DNA of 64,000 nucleotides from Eledone cirrhosa (lineage: Eukaryota): contig OZ024742.1 in the NCBI GenBank assembly GCA_964016885.1, forward strand, positions 15,190,001-15,254,000, read 5' to 3'. Both the position numbers and the translations under genes were made by a program. Under the pieces are notes generated by a model. That model searched no databases and was not told where the DNA came from. It worked only from the letters and a program-made list of their open reading frames with translations. Of the stretch, positions 18,001 through 29,294 are shown piece by piece; the stretch's first letter is position 1; every line of letters begins with the position of its first letter.

Positions 18001-19944
18001 AGGTGGCACCACTTAACTCAAACTAATCATATCTAAATTACCATATATATATATTGGTGAGGTGGCACCACTTAGCTCAAACTAATCATATCTAAATTAC
18101 CATATATATATATTGGTGAGGTGGCACCACTTAGCTCAAACTAATCATATCTAAATTACCATATATATATATTGGTGAGGTGGCACCACTTAGCTCAAAC
18201 TAATCATATCTAAATTACCATATATATTGGTGAGGTGGCACCACTTAGCTCAAACTAATCATATCTAAATTACCATATATATTGGTGAGGTGGCACCACT
18301 TAGCTCAAACTAATCATATCTAAATTACCATATATATATATATTGGTGAGGTGGCACCACTTAGCTCAAACTAATCATATCTAAATTACCATATATATTG
18401 GTGAGGTGGCACCACTTTGCTCAAACTAATCATATCTAAATTACCATATATATATATTGGTGAGGTGGTACCACTTAGCTCAAACTAATCACATCTAAAT
18501 TACCATATATATTGGTGAGGTGGTACCACTTAGCTCAAACTAATCACATCTAAATTACCATATATATTGGTGAGGTGGCACCACTTAACTCAAACTAATC
18601 ATATCTAAATTACCATATATATTGGTGAGGTGGCACCACTTAGCTCAAACTAATCATATCTAAATTACCATATATATATATATTGGTGAGGTGGCACCAC
18701 TTAACTCAAACTAATCATATCTAAATTACCATATATATATATTGGTGAGGTGGTACCACTTAGCTCAAACTAATCACATCTAAATTACCATATATATTGG
18801 TGAGGTGGCACCACTTAGCTCAAACTAATCATATCTAAATTACCATATATATTGGTGAGGTGGCACTACTTAGCTCAAACTAATCACATCTAAATTACCA
18901 TATATATATATTGGTGAGGTGGTACCACTTAGCTCAAACTAATCACATCTAAATTACCATATATATATATTGGTGATGTGGCACCACTTAGCTCAAACTA
19001 ATCATATCTAAATTACCATATATATATATTGGTGAGGTGGCACCACTTAGCTCAAACTAATCACATCTAAATTACCATATATATATATTGGTGAGGTGGT
19101 ACCACTTAGCTCAAACTAATCATATCTAAATTACCATATATATTGGTGAGGTGGCACCACTTAGCTCAAACTAATCATATCTAAATTACCATATATATAT
19201 ATTGGTGAGGTGGCACCACTTAGCTCAAACTAATCATATCTAAATTACCATATATATGGCCATCCAAACCCATGCAAGCGTGGAACACGGACGTCAAACG
19301 ATGATGATGATGATGATGATTGGTGAGGTGGCACCACTTAGCTCAAATTAATCATATCTAAATTACCATATATATATATATATATTGGTGAGGTGGCACC
19401 ACTAAGCTGAAACTAATCATATCTAAATTACCATATATATATATTGGTGAGGTGGCACCACTTAGCTCAAACTAATCACATCTAAATTACCATATATATA
19501 TATTGGTGAGGTGGTACCACTTAGCTCAAACTAATCATATCTAAATTACCATATACATATATTGGTGAGGTGGCACCACTTAGCTCAAACTAATCATATC
19601 TAAATTACCATATATATTGGTGAGGTGGCACCACTTAGCTCAAACTAATCATATCTAAATTACCATATATATATATTGGTGAGGTGGCACCACTTAGCTC
19701 AAACTAATCATATCTAAATTACCATATATATTGGTGATGTGGTACCACTTAGCTCAAACTAATGATATCTAAATTACCATATATATATATATTGGTGAGG
19801 TGGCACCACTTAGCTCAAACTAATCATATCTAAATTACCATATATATTGGTGAGGTGGCACCACTTAGCTCAAACTAATCATATCTAAATTACCATATAT
19901 ATATATATATTGGTGAGGTGGCACCACTTAGCTCAAACTAATCA
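1..19944. repeat. Satellite A, tandem array of 55-65 bp monomers
   Basis: Monomer TGGTGAGGTGGCACCACTTAGCTCAAACTAATCATATCTAAATTACC(AT)n; 55 bp at n=4, 59 bp at n=6. Runs off the left edge of the window. Confidence 0.98.
76..138 (+). mobile_element. RTE-type 3' tail (~63 bp) inside satellite A, first of 10 copies
   Basis: GGCCATCCAAACCCATGCAAGCGTGGAACACGGACGTCAAAC(GAT)n matches the LINE end at 21930-21985. Other copies start at 2834, 4450, 7208, 9573, 9805, 11928, 14604, 17355, 19258. Confidence 0.9.
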
Positions 19945-21985
19945 GGAGTATAATAAGTAAGGCATTCAAGGATATGAAGACGGGTAAGGCGGCTGGGCCT
20001 TCGGAAATAGTTGCTGAGATGCTGAAGGCATCTGGCACGGTGGGACACACCATGGTCACCCGCATAGTTAACCAAGTCGTACAGAATGGGGTTGTTCCGA
20101 AGGACTGGCATAGCAGCATCATCGTTAACTGTTATAAGGGTAAAGGAGACGCCCTAGATAGGAGTAACTATAGAGGCATTAAATTAATCGACCAGGTCAT
20201 GAAGGTCACGGAAAAAGTAATAGCACAACTAATCAGAGAGAGAATTGACCTAGATGAAATGCAGTTCGGGTTTGTGTCAGGCAAAAGTACCACAGACGCT
20301 CTTTTCATTGTACGACAACTACAGGAGAAGTACCTAGCTAAAAGTAAACCCCTATACTTAGCTTTTGTTGACTTGGAGAAAGCTTTCAACAGAGTCCCCC
20401 GCTCCATTATCTGGTGGGCTCTTAGAAAACTAGGTGTTGACGAATGGCTTGTGAGAGCTATACAAGCCATGTACAAAGAAACAGTCAGCAAGGTTAGAAT
20501 TAACAACGAATATAGTGAAGAGTTTAGCGTAAAAGTTGGCGTCCATCAGGGCTCTGTTCTCAGCCCCCTACTATTTATTATTGCCCTTCAGGCTATAACA
20601 GAGGAGTTCAAGACCGGCTGTCCATGGGAACTCCTATACGCAGACGACCTGACACTCATAGCGGAATCAATGGCCGAGCTAGAGAAGAAATTCCAAACAT
20701 GGAAGCACGGCCTAGAATCAAAAGGCCTTAAAATTAACCTGGCTAAGACTAAAGTTCTAGTTTGTAGGAAAGAAAATAAGGCGGCGGTCCCTTCTGGGAA
20801 ATGGTCGTGCTCGGTGTGTAGGAAAGGCGTAGGTAGAAACTCCATTTTATGTCCTAAATGCAAAGTATGGGTGCATAAAAGATGTAGTGGGATCACAGGT
20901 AAGCTAACTAAGAACATAGATTTTACATGTGGCCAGTGCTCTGGTGCAATAAGTAGCAGCAAGTGCCCACAAAATACTAGCTCTTTCAATTGCGCAGAGG
21001 GTTCTATAGAAATAGTGGACAGCTTCCGTTACCTGGGCGATAAAATCAGCAGGGGGGGGGGGGGGGGGGTGCCCTGAAAGTACAGTAGCTAGAGTCAGAA
21101 CTGGTTGGAAAAAGTTCACAGAGCTTATACCACTATTAGCTGCTAAAGGGTTCTCCCTAAAAATGAAAGGCAGGTTGTACGATGCCTGCATACGAACAGC
21201 AATGTTGCATGGCAGTGAGACCTGGGCATTGTGTGCAGAGGATATACGCAGACTAGAGAGGAACGAAGCTTGCATGCTCCGCTGGATGTGTAACAGTAAT
21301 ATACGTGAACGGCAAAGCATAAACGAACTAAGGAAAAAATTAGAAATAAGAGGGATCAGATGTTGTTTACTCGAGAGACGGCTACGTTGGTATGGACACG
21401 TGATGCGCATGAAAGTCGATAGCTGTATAACAAAGTGCAGGGCAATAAAGATAGACGGTAGCCACCGAATAGGCAGACCTAGAAAAACCTGGGACGAGCT
21501 GATAAACTCCGACCTCACACACTTACACCTCTCCAAGACAATGTCACTGGACCGAGACCTTTGGCGGTACTCAGTAACAGAGAAGACCCGCCTTAGCTAA
21601 ATACATAGTAAAACCTACTACAGCCAGTAGGCATCTCTAACAAAATACCCCGTCCCACCACCCCCACCCCATCCACGCCACCCCGTTCTATGTAAAGTTG
21701 TGTTGGTGCCACACCATCCAGGCCAAAACAAATGAGATCGTGTAGGTGTCACGACAAAAAAACACACAGTCCACGCTGTAATGTGGCCGTGTAGGCAACA
21801 CGGTAAAAACCTCCCAGACCCACACTGTAAATGTGGTTGGTGTTAGGAAGGGCATCCAACTGTAGAAAACCTGCCAGACAGTCCTATGCGAGCAAGACAA
21901 TCACTCTTGCCTCAAGTGGGACTACCCCCGTCCAAACCCATGCAAGCGTGGAACACGGACGTTAAACGTTGATGATGATGATGAT
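19945..21985 (+). mobile_element. 5'-truncated RTE-clade LINE (family A) inserted in satellite A
   Basis: RT ORF, RTE-type C-terminus (RLRWYGHVMRM...GRPRKTW), ~380 bp 3' UTR, (GAT)n tail; no endonuclease domain. Confidence 0.95.
19974..21600 (+). pseudogene. RTE reverse transcriptase, truncated and frameshifted at a G18 run, with PHD-like insert
   Basis: Motifs NYRGIKL, QFGF, FVDLEKAF, GVHQGSVLSPLLF, LYADD, FRYLG. The ORF resumes in another frame after 21069 (CPESTVARVRTGWKKF...). Confidence 0.92.
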
Positions 21986-23598
21986 TGGTGAGGTGGCACT
22001 ACTTAGCTCAAACTAATCATATCTAAATTACCATATATATATATATATATATTGGTGAGATGGCACCACTTAGCTCAAACTAATCATATCTAAATTACCA
22101 TATATATATATTGGTGAGGTGGCACCACTTAGCTCAAACTAATCACATCTAAATTAATATATATATTGGTGAGGTGGTACCACTTAGCTCAAACTAATCA
22201 TATCTAAATTACCATATATATATATATTGGTGAGGTGGCACCACTTAGCTGAAACTAATCATATCTAAATTACCATATACATTGGTGAGGTGGCACCACT
22301 TAGCTGAAACTAATCATATCTAAATTACCATATATATATATATTGGTGAGGTGGCACCACTTAGCTCAAACTAATCATATCTAAATTACCATATATATAT
22401 ATATTGGTGAGGCGGCACCACTTAGCTGAAACTAATCATATCTAAATTACCATATACATTGGTGAGGTGGCACCACTTAGCTCAAACTAATCATATCTAA
22501 ATTACCATATATATATATTGGTGAGGTGGCACCACTTAGCTCAAACTAATCATATCTAAATTACCATATATATATATTGGTGAGGTGGCACCACTTAGCT
22601 CAACCTAATCATATCTAAATTACCATATATATTGGTGAGGTGGCACCACTTAGCTCAAACTAATCATATCTAAATTAATATATATATTGGTGAGGTGGCA
22701 CCACTTAGCTCAAACTAATCATATCTAAATTACCATATATATTGGTGAGGTGGTACCACTTAGCTCAAACTAATCATATCTAAATTACCATATATATTGG
22801 TGAGGTGGCACCACTTAGCTGAAACTAATCATAACTAAATTACCATATATATATATATTGGTGAGGTGGTACCACTTAGCTCAAACTAATCATATCTAAA
22901 TTACCATATATATATATATTGGTGAGGTGGCACCACTTAGCTCAAACTAATCATATCTAAATTACCATATATATTAGTGAGGTGGTACCACTTAGCTCAA
23001 ACTTATCATATCTAAATTACCATATATATTGGTGAGGTGGCCCCACTTAGCTCAAACTAATCATATCTAAATTACCATATATATATATATTGGTGAGGCG
23101 GCACCACTTAGCTCAAACTAATCATATCTAAATTACCATATACATTGGTGAGGTGGCACCACTTAGCTCAAACTAATCATATCTAAATTACCATATATAT
23201 TAGTGAGGTGGTACCACTTAGCTCAAACTAATCATATCTAAATTACCCTATATATTGGTGAGGTGGCACCACTTAGCTCAAACTAATCATATCTAAATTA
23301 CCATATATATATATATTGGTGAGGCGGCACCACTTAGCTCAAACTAATCATATCTAAATTACCATATATATATATTGGTGAGGTGGTACCACTTAGCTCA
23401 AACTAATCATAACTAAATTACCCTATATATTGGTGAGGTGGCACCACTTAGCTGAAACTAATCATAACTAAATTACCCTATATATATATTGGTGAGGTGG
23501 TACCACTTAGCTCAAACTAATCATATCTAAATTACCCTATATATTGGTGAGGTGGCACCACTTAGCTGAAACTAATCATAACTAAATTACCCTATATA
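21986..23598. repeat. Satellite A, right edge
   Basis: Same monomer with more private variants (GGCGGC, CCCTATA, CATAACTA) toward the boundary. Confidence 0.97.
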
Positions 23599-23979
23599 AT
23601 TGTGTATAGTTCGGTAGATATGTCACAATGTGCCACATATTTTGAATTGGGGTTTTGTAGGTTCATAGTTAAAGTCATATGTTGCATATTCACATCATAT
23701 TTTTATGGAAAATGTATGATTATTACACAGTTGTATATCAGTAGTTGTAGTTTTAAACTATTGAGTGTATTAGTGATAAAATACATTTGATTTCCATTGG
23801 ATAAGAAAACTTGTGATTGTTATTATTAGTACTATCAGCATTATCATTCCAATGTATATTGATGTAGTTTCATTGGAAGTGGTCATTACTTGATTTACTT
23901 CAGTGTTGAATTTTAATATTTGTTTCTTCAATGGGAATGAAAGATTTTCCATGTATTCTGCTGAATTCCTGATCTTTAA

Positions 23980-24365
23980 TCCTTTAACATTTACATTACT
24001 CTATATTTACTATTATATTTTCATGGTAAAGGCTTTACCTTTCATTACATTTACATTACTCTATATTTACTATTATATTTTCATGGTAAAGGCTTTATCT
24101 TTCACAACATTTACATTACTCTATATTTACTATTATATTTTTATGGTAAAGGCTTTACCTTACAAAACATTTACATTACTCTATATTTACTATTGTATTT
24201 TTGTAGTAAAGGCTTTATCTCACAAAATATTGAATCTATGAGATTTTAATATTATTTATTTTGAGAACAATACCTTAACATCAGTATGAGTGGCTGGTTA
24301 TAGCTGGTTTGAACAGAAAGAGGTGAGAGAATTCTGGCGATATAACTGGTTTAAATGCTAAACGG
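23980..24365 (+). mobile_element. TTAA-flanked piggyBac-type MITE with an internal 60 bp unit repeated about 4 times
   Basis: TTAA at both ends; degenerate TIR CCCTTTAGCATTTA; body matches 57449-57656. Confidence 0.8.
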
Positions 24366-24421
24366 TTAATCTGAAAGAATTAAATTCAAGAATTATATTG
24401 CTAAGATTTTCTTAAGATTAA

Positions 24422-24635
24422 CCCTTTAGCATTTAAACCAGCCATATCCGGCCAGAATTCTCTCACCTCTTTCTGTTCAAACTGGCTGTAACTGGCCACA
24501 CATACTTATGTTAAGGTATTGTTCTCAAAATAAATAATATCAAAATCTCATAGATTCAATATTATGTGAGATAATTATGTAAGGTAAAGCTTTACCGGGA
24601 AAATATAATAGTAAATATAGATTAATGTAAATGGG
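24422..24635 (-). mobile_element. Same TTAA MITE family, opposite orientation
   Basis: TTAA|CCCTTTAGCATTTA...ATGGG|TTAA; reverse complement of the family body. Confidence 0.8.
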
Positions 24636-24924
24636 TTAAGAGCTGGTGTGGGTTTGGATTATTCGAGACCCGAGAGTATGTAGTTTAGAATTCATCTTTT
24701 AGTTTTTTTAAATGGAACATATTTTACTGAGGTTAAATTAACCCAATTGAAATGTTTTAACATCTGAGTTTTGAATGCTCACTAAACCTCATTATATGCA
24801 CACATATATATATATAAATTGTTCTTGATATTCTCTTTGTAACTCAATTTATCATTAACTTTGTGAATATATTTTTACTGTTGGTGAAAACAAAATACTT
24901 GTTTTTTAAGCCTCCATTATTGAA

Positions 24925-25259
24925 CTCTCGGGTCCTAAATAATGGGGCAGGGTGGGGGTTGGAATAAGCAAGGGTGGGGGATGGAATATGCAGGGGAGTT
25001 GGAATAAGTGGTGGTGGTTGGAAAATCAGTAATTATTATAAGTTATCTGTTGATTTTTTTAAAAAACCAGAATTAGTCGTTTAGTTTACATATTGAGACC
25101 CCAACCCATCCTATTTATTTTATAACATGGGATTTCTAGTAATGTACTTTTTTTCGTAAGTGTACAGATAGATTAGCCAATTTAATAAGTGGGGTTGGAA
25201 AAAATCTGAAAAATTCCTAAACAAGAGTTGGGGTTGGGATTATTCAAGTCTGAAAGTAT
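24925..25259. mobile_element. Degenerate MITE-like element
   Basis: Imperfect terminal inverted repeats ACTCTCGGGTCCTAAATAAT / ATTATTCAAGTCTGAAAGTA; similar ends at ~24655-24678 and ~46860-46950. Confidence 0.4.
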
Positions 25260-26279
25260 ATGTTGATGAAAAGCCAGTAGTTTCTATGTTTGGAATTGTA
25301 TATTGTATCAACATTTCTTGTTAGACATTTTTATATGGTGAGAAATATATTTCAATTGTATTATATTTTTTGAAAGTCTCAGTTTAATTTTGGTGTTTCA
25401 GAAATCTTATTTGTGGAGGATTCGTTAATTTTTGTGTGTATTTCATGAAAATTTTATTTGTGTAACTCCAGTTAATTTTTTATTTCAACTGATCTATAAT
25501 AATCTATAATCAGAAGAATCCTTTGATCAACAATTCTAGCTGTGGGACAGTTATTCTGCTGCTTTGAACTATCAGATAGAACTTTCTAATCTATCAATGA
25601 AATATAGCAGAAAAAGATTTATGTGGAACTTTAGAAAAAAAGGTTGTTTTTCCGAAATGTTGAAGTCGCTGTCAAAGTTTTAATTTGAATAATTCTAGTA
25701 AGTTCAATGATTTAAAACTAGTCTTTTAAGTCTCTTTGTTTTGGTTATAGATGCTTGTTAATTTGGGATTTATATGAAGTGATTAAGTTTAAATACAAGA
25801 CTGTTTCATTGCAGCTATTCATGTTCAATACTTTTTATTTCATATATTGTCCAGACCCATGCTAGCATGGAAGATGAACGTTAAACGATGATGATGATTG
25901 TATTAGGGTTTAATTGAAATAACAGTTTAGCAACTGGTAATTAGAAAGAATTGCATTGAAAATATATTGGCTTTGTTTTATTTGATATTGTAGTGTGTTT
26001 AGGTTACATTTCTTATCTTGAATAAAGTATTGTTCAGTTAATATTCTAACTGGTCCATCATGAACAGAACTGATATTTATATACACACACTATTATATAT
26101 AATGCTTTATATATATGTATATATATATTACTGCATAGTTAGGATTCTGTGTATGGATAGAGTGCTAGTTTAATTTTGAGGCAGGATTTAAATATCTGAC
26201 CATGAACCATTACTCCAACATTTCAAACACTCAGCGAAAAGTCCCTTTATCCAATAGAATAGACACCTATCTAAAATAT

Positions 26280-26435
26280 TTTTACCCAATACACTGGGCC
26301 CAACCCCTGAACAATATAGTCATTATATCACTGATTGTATTGGGACTACCTCACTCATTAGAGACCAGCTAACCTCCTCTGTCTCCTTTGTTAACAATTT
26401 CTACCCTTCATATTGGAATTTACTTATAACATCTT
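26280..26435 (+). pseudogene. Degenerate Penelope-like RT fragment
   Basis: From 26315 reads YSHYITDCIGTTSLIRDQLTSSVSFVNNFYPS, then after a frameshift LEFTYNI; resembles PLE RT RYIDD...F.N.FHP.L.FT. Confidence 0.6.
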
Positions 26436-26697
26436 AGCTACATCTCTGCTCAATGACACCCATGTCTTCACCTTTGTCTTTTACAAACTATCCCCTACAT
26501 TAAGTTTTCTTCCTCACATCTCACACACACTAAACCCACCAACCCTTTTTTTAAATTCTTCCATCTCCAGAAACTGATTTCAAGACTAAGTCACACCTCA
26601 TGCCTCATTTCCTTTTTTTTTGCCTAGGCTATTAATGGCATCACCCCTCTTCTGCCATGTATCTATACACCCCCCTCTCTTTATATATATATATATA

Positions 26698-26838
26698 CAT
26701 CATCATCATCGTTTAACGTCTATCTTCCACGCTAGCATGGGTTTAGATGGGAATTGTCCCACGTGAGGCAAGATTGGATGTCTTGCTCGTATAGGACTGT
26801 CTGGCGGGTTTTCTACGGCTGGATGCCCTTCCTAACAC
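26698..26838 (-). mobile_element. RTE-A-like 3' end fragment (SINE or LINE tail)
   Basis: Reverse-complement similarity to 21840-21985, including (GAT)n. Confidence 0.8.
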
Positions 26839-26868
26839 AAATTTTATGTATATATATATATATATATG

Positions 26869-26931
<63 letters not shown>

Positions 26932-26969
26932 ATGTATATATATGTATATATATATTTTATATATATATA

Positions 26970-27028
26970 TCCAGAAATAGCCGTCGAAACGGCTTGAGCT
27001 CTGCCATTGGGGGTCATACTTTTTCCTA
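26970..27028 (+). repeat. Short fragment in (TA)n carrying the 3' half of a hammerhead-like motif
   Basis: GCCGTCGAAACGGCTTGAGCTC; reverse complement of 49054-49110. Confidence 0.55.
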
Positions 27029-27053
27029 TATTTTTATGTATATATATATATAT

Positions 27054-27297
27054 CAAGACACTTTATTTCACATTGCTCCAGTTTAATCAGCTGTAGAAAT
27101 GAGATGATAGGGACTGGGGTCCATATCATTCCACTGCAAAGTGGTCGTGGAGGTGCCACGGCAAAAAAGCACCCAGCACTCACTGTAAATGAGGTTGGTG
27201 TTAGGAAGGGCATCCAGCTGTAGAAATCAAGCCAGAATCAGTTCCTGTCCCACCCTTGCAAGCAGGGAAAAAGTGGACGTAAAATGAAATGATGATA
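27054..27297 (+). mobile_element. 5'-truncated CORE-type SINE with RTE tail
   Basis: Matches the 3' two-thirds of 62246-62584. Confidence 0.9.
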
Positions 27298-27989
27298 TAT
27301 ATTTTTAGCCAATTTTTAAAGTGAAAAGTACCCTCAAATATGAATAAATAAGGAAAATATGTTTATTCAAAAATATAGACCAGCATTAAATATAGTTTAA
27401 TATATATTATGTTAACACCATAACATGGTAACCATCCAAACAGACATATACACACACACACATAACACCCTCTTTTATATTCAAAAATAAAAACCAGAAC
27501 TAAATAGACCTTAACATAGTTAATACTCTAATACCTTAACATACTAACCATACCCACCACACACATACACACACACACATAACTCCCCCATTTCTACTAA
27601 TAGAAGCATTTTTCTACACACACACACACATCAGCACACATACAAATATATATCTCTATTTTTTTTTTATTTCAATAGAAAGTCTGAATTTTGCCACCTC
27701 AGCACATCAGACATACTCACTGAACCAGAACAATTCTCCCCATCCCTTTTTTCTTCGCCATTATCGTTTGTTCGGCACAAAACTCTACAAATGGCTACAA
27801 AGAACCCCCAAATACGAACTGGTGCGAAATTTAATGTACTTATTCACATGACAGTCATAACCAATCAAATTATTTTGAGCCACTTTTTTAAAGTGAAAAG
27901 AACCCTCAAACACGAACTGGCGCGAATGTTGATGTGCTTATTCACGTGACTGCATCAACCAACCAAATTTCACTCCTATATGAAAAAAC

Positions 27990-28555
27990 AATCTGAGCCA
28001 CGAAACTGATCCATGAAACTGAGCCACGTATGGTCCCTCAAGGACTCAAGTATAGACTACTCCATTCAATGGAAAGCCATCACTAAGTCCAAGCCATACG
28101 CAAGGGGCAATCTGTCTTGTGGACTGTGTATTGATGAACGGATAAATATTCTAACGAGATTACGCAATAGCGATTGCCTAAACTCAAGAAATGAAATCTT
28201 CACATGTTGTCCACATGTCTGGAAACACCTCTTACATAACTACAAAGCTCCGGATTGAATAACAACAACATTCTAATTTTCTTATCTAGTTGAACTACTT
28301 TTCGGACTTTTGCAGTTATCTCCCTTTCACCTTTCGCCCGTGGCATTGTATCGCTTGGGTGAAGCGACCGTTTCTGCGCATGCGCGTTCATTCGGTTATT
28401 CTTCCTATTCCGTATAACCACAACCAGTCCGAGCTGAAGATCCGCTAAGGTGAAACAATTGTTCTCGGTATGGTGAACTAACTGTTGTGTTACCACTTCT
28501 ACCTAACTCATCCCATGGACTGAGTGCTCTACCACTACGGATATTACCTTCCAGT

Positions 28556-28558
<3 letters not shown>
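27990..28558 (+). mobile_element. 3' end of a Penelope-like element (endonuclease C-terminus plus pseudo-LTR)
   Basis: ORF 28013-28258 LSHVWSLK..IQW..Y..CGLCIDE..I..LNSRNEIFTCCPH fits the PLE GIY-YIG C-terminal pattern; followed by a hammerhead; ends at a (CT)n tract. Confidence 0.8.
28423..28474 (+). ncRNA. Minimal type I hammerhead ribozyme
   Basis: CCGAG-CTGAAGA-TCCGCTAAGGT-GAAA-C AATT G-TT-CTCGG; stem I CCGAG/CTCGG plus ACCA/TGGT; palindromic loop III; GUU cleavage triplet. Confidence 0.8.
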
Positions 28559-28600
<42 letters not shown>

Positions 28601-29219
28601 GTCATTCATTTCCATTACTTCTGCATCCATTTCCTGTCTCTACAATTTAACCTATTCACTCCTTTTCCCCACTTTTAATTGCCCTTAACTTGACCACTTC
28701 CCATCAAATGACCTTAGTTTGAAATGTTACATTTTTCCAATCCTCACAAACATCTACAGACTTGCTTGGATTTCATATCTAATAAACTCACTTGTCAAAC
28801 ATCTATGTTTCATATATTTTGGGCTGCCTATATATATATGTATACACACACATGCATACATATACACCATGTATGTAAACAAACAAATAAATTTAAAGCT
28901 ATTCCATTAGTTAGACTTACCAATTATTTTGTTGAAGGAAAAACTACAACCTAATTATATAATATTTAATATATAAATATTTTATCAAAACTAAAGATAA
29001 GTATTGCCATTTCTGTTTTTTTTTTTTTAAATATATTTTTAAACCTTTTTTTTAATATATATATATAAAAAAATTACATGTACTACTGGTTTCAGAAATG
29101 TTATGCTTGTTGCATGAAGAATTTAATGCTTTTTTTTTTTTATATTCTACTGTTTGGGAACTGTTAGATGTGTGATAGTTGGTGCCTGCTTGACGTTCTG
29201 CGTTTGTTCTGTTTCCCAG

Positions 29220-29294
29220 CAAAAAGGTATACAAATTGGACAGTTTGGCCAGATGGTAATGTCAGTGCCGCAGGTCATGCCTACAGCTAATCAG
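29220..29294 (+). CDS. Candidate 75 nt phase-0 coding exon of an unidentified host gene (QKGIQIGQFGQMVMSVPQVMPTANQ)
   Basis: TGAC branch-like site, pyrimidine tract TTCTGTTTCCCAG acceptor, CAG|GTATAC donor, open frame, composition like the exon at 56753. Confidence 0.55.

Noticed and set aside
20168-21536. Antisense ORFs over LINEs (also 40282-41184, 47285-48368, 58914-59522)
   Set aside because: Shadow frames of transposon coding sequence with no independent motifs.
19910-22020. ~35 bp target-site duplication around RTE-A
   Set aside because: Cannot be distinguished from a short deletion because the flanks are tandem monomers.
1-23598. CRISPR-like regular repeats
   Set aside because: No unique spacers and no cas genes; eukaryotic tandem satellite.
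29220-29294. Assigning a gene name such as muscleblind to the exons
   Set aside because: Peptides are low-complexity with no domain; no identification possible from sequence alone.
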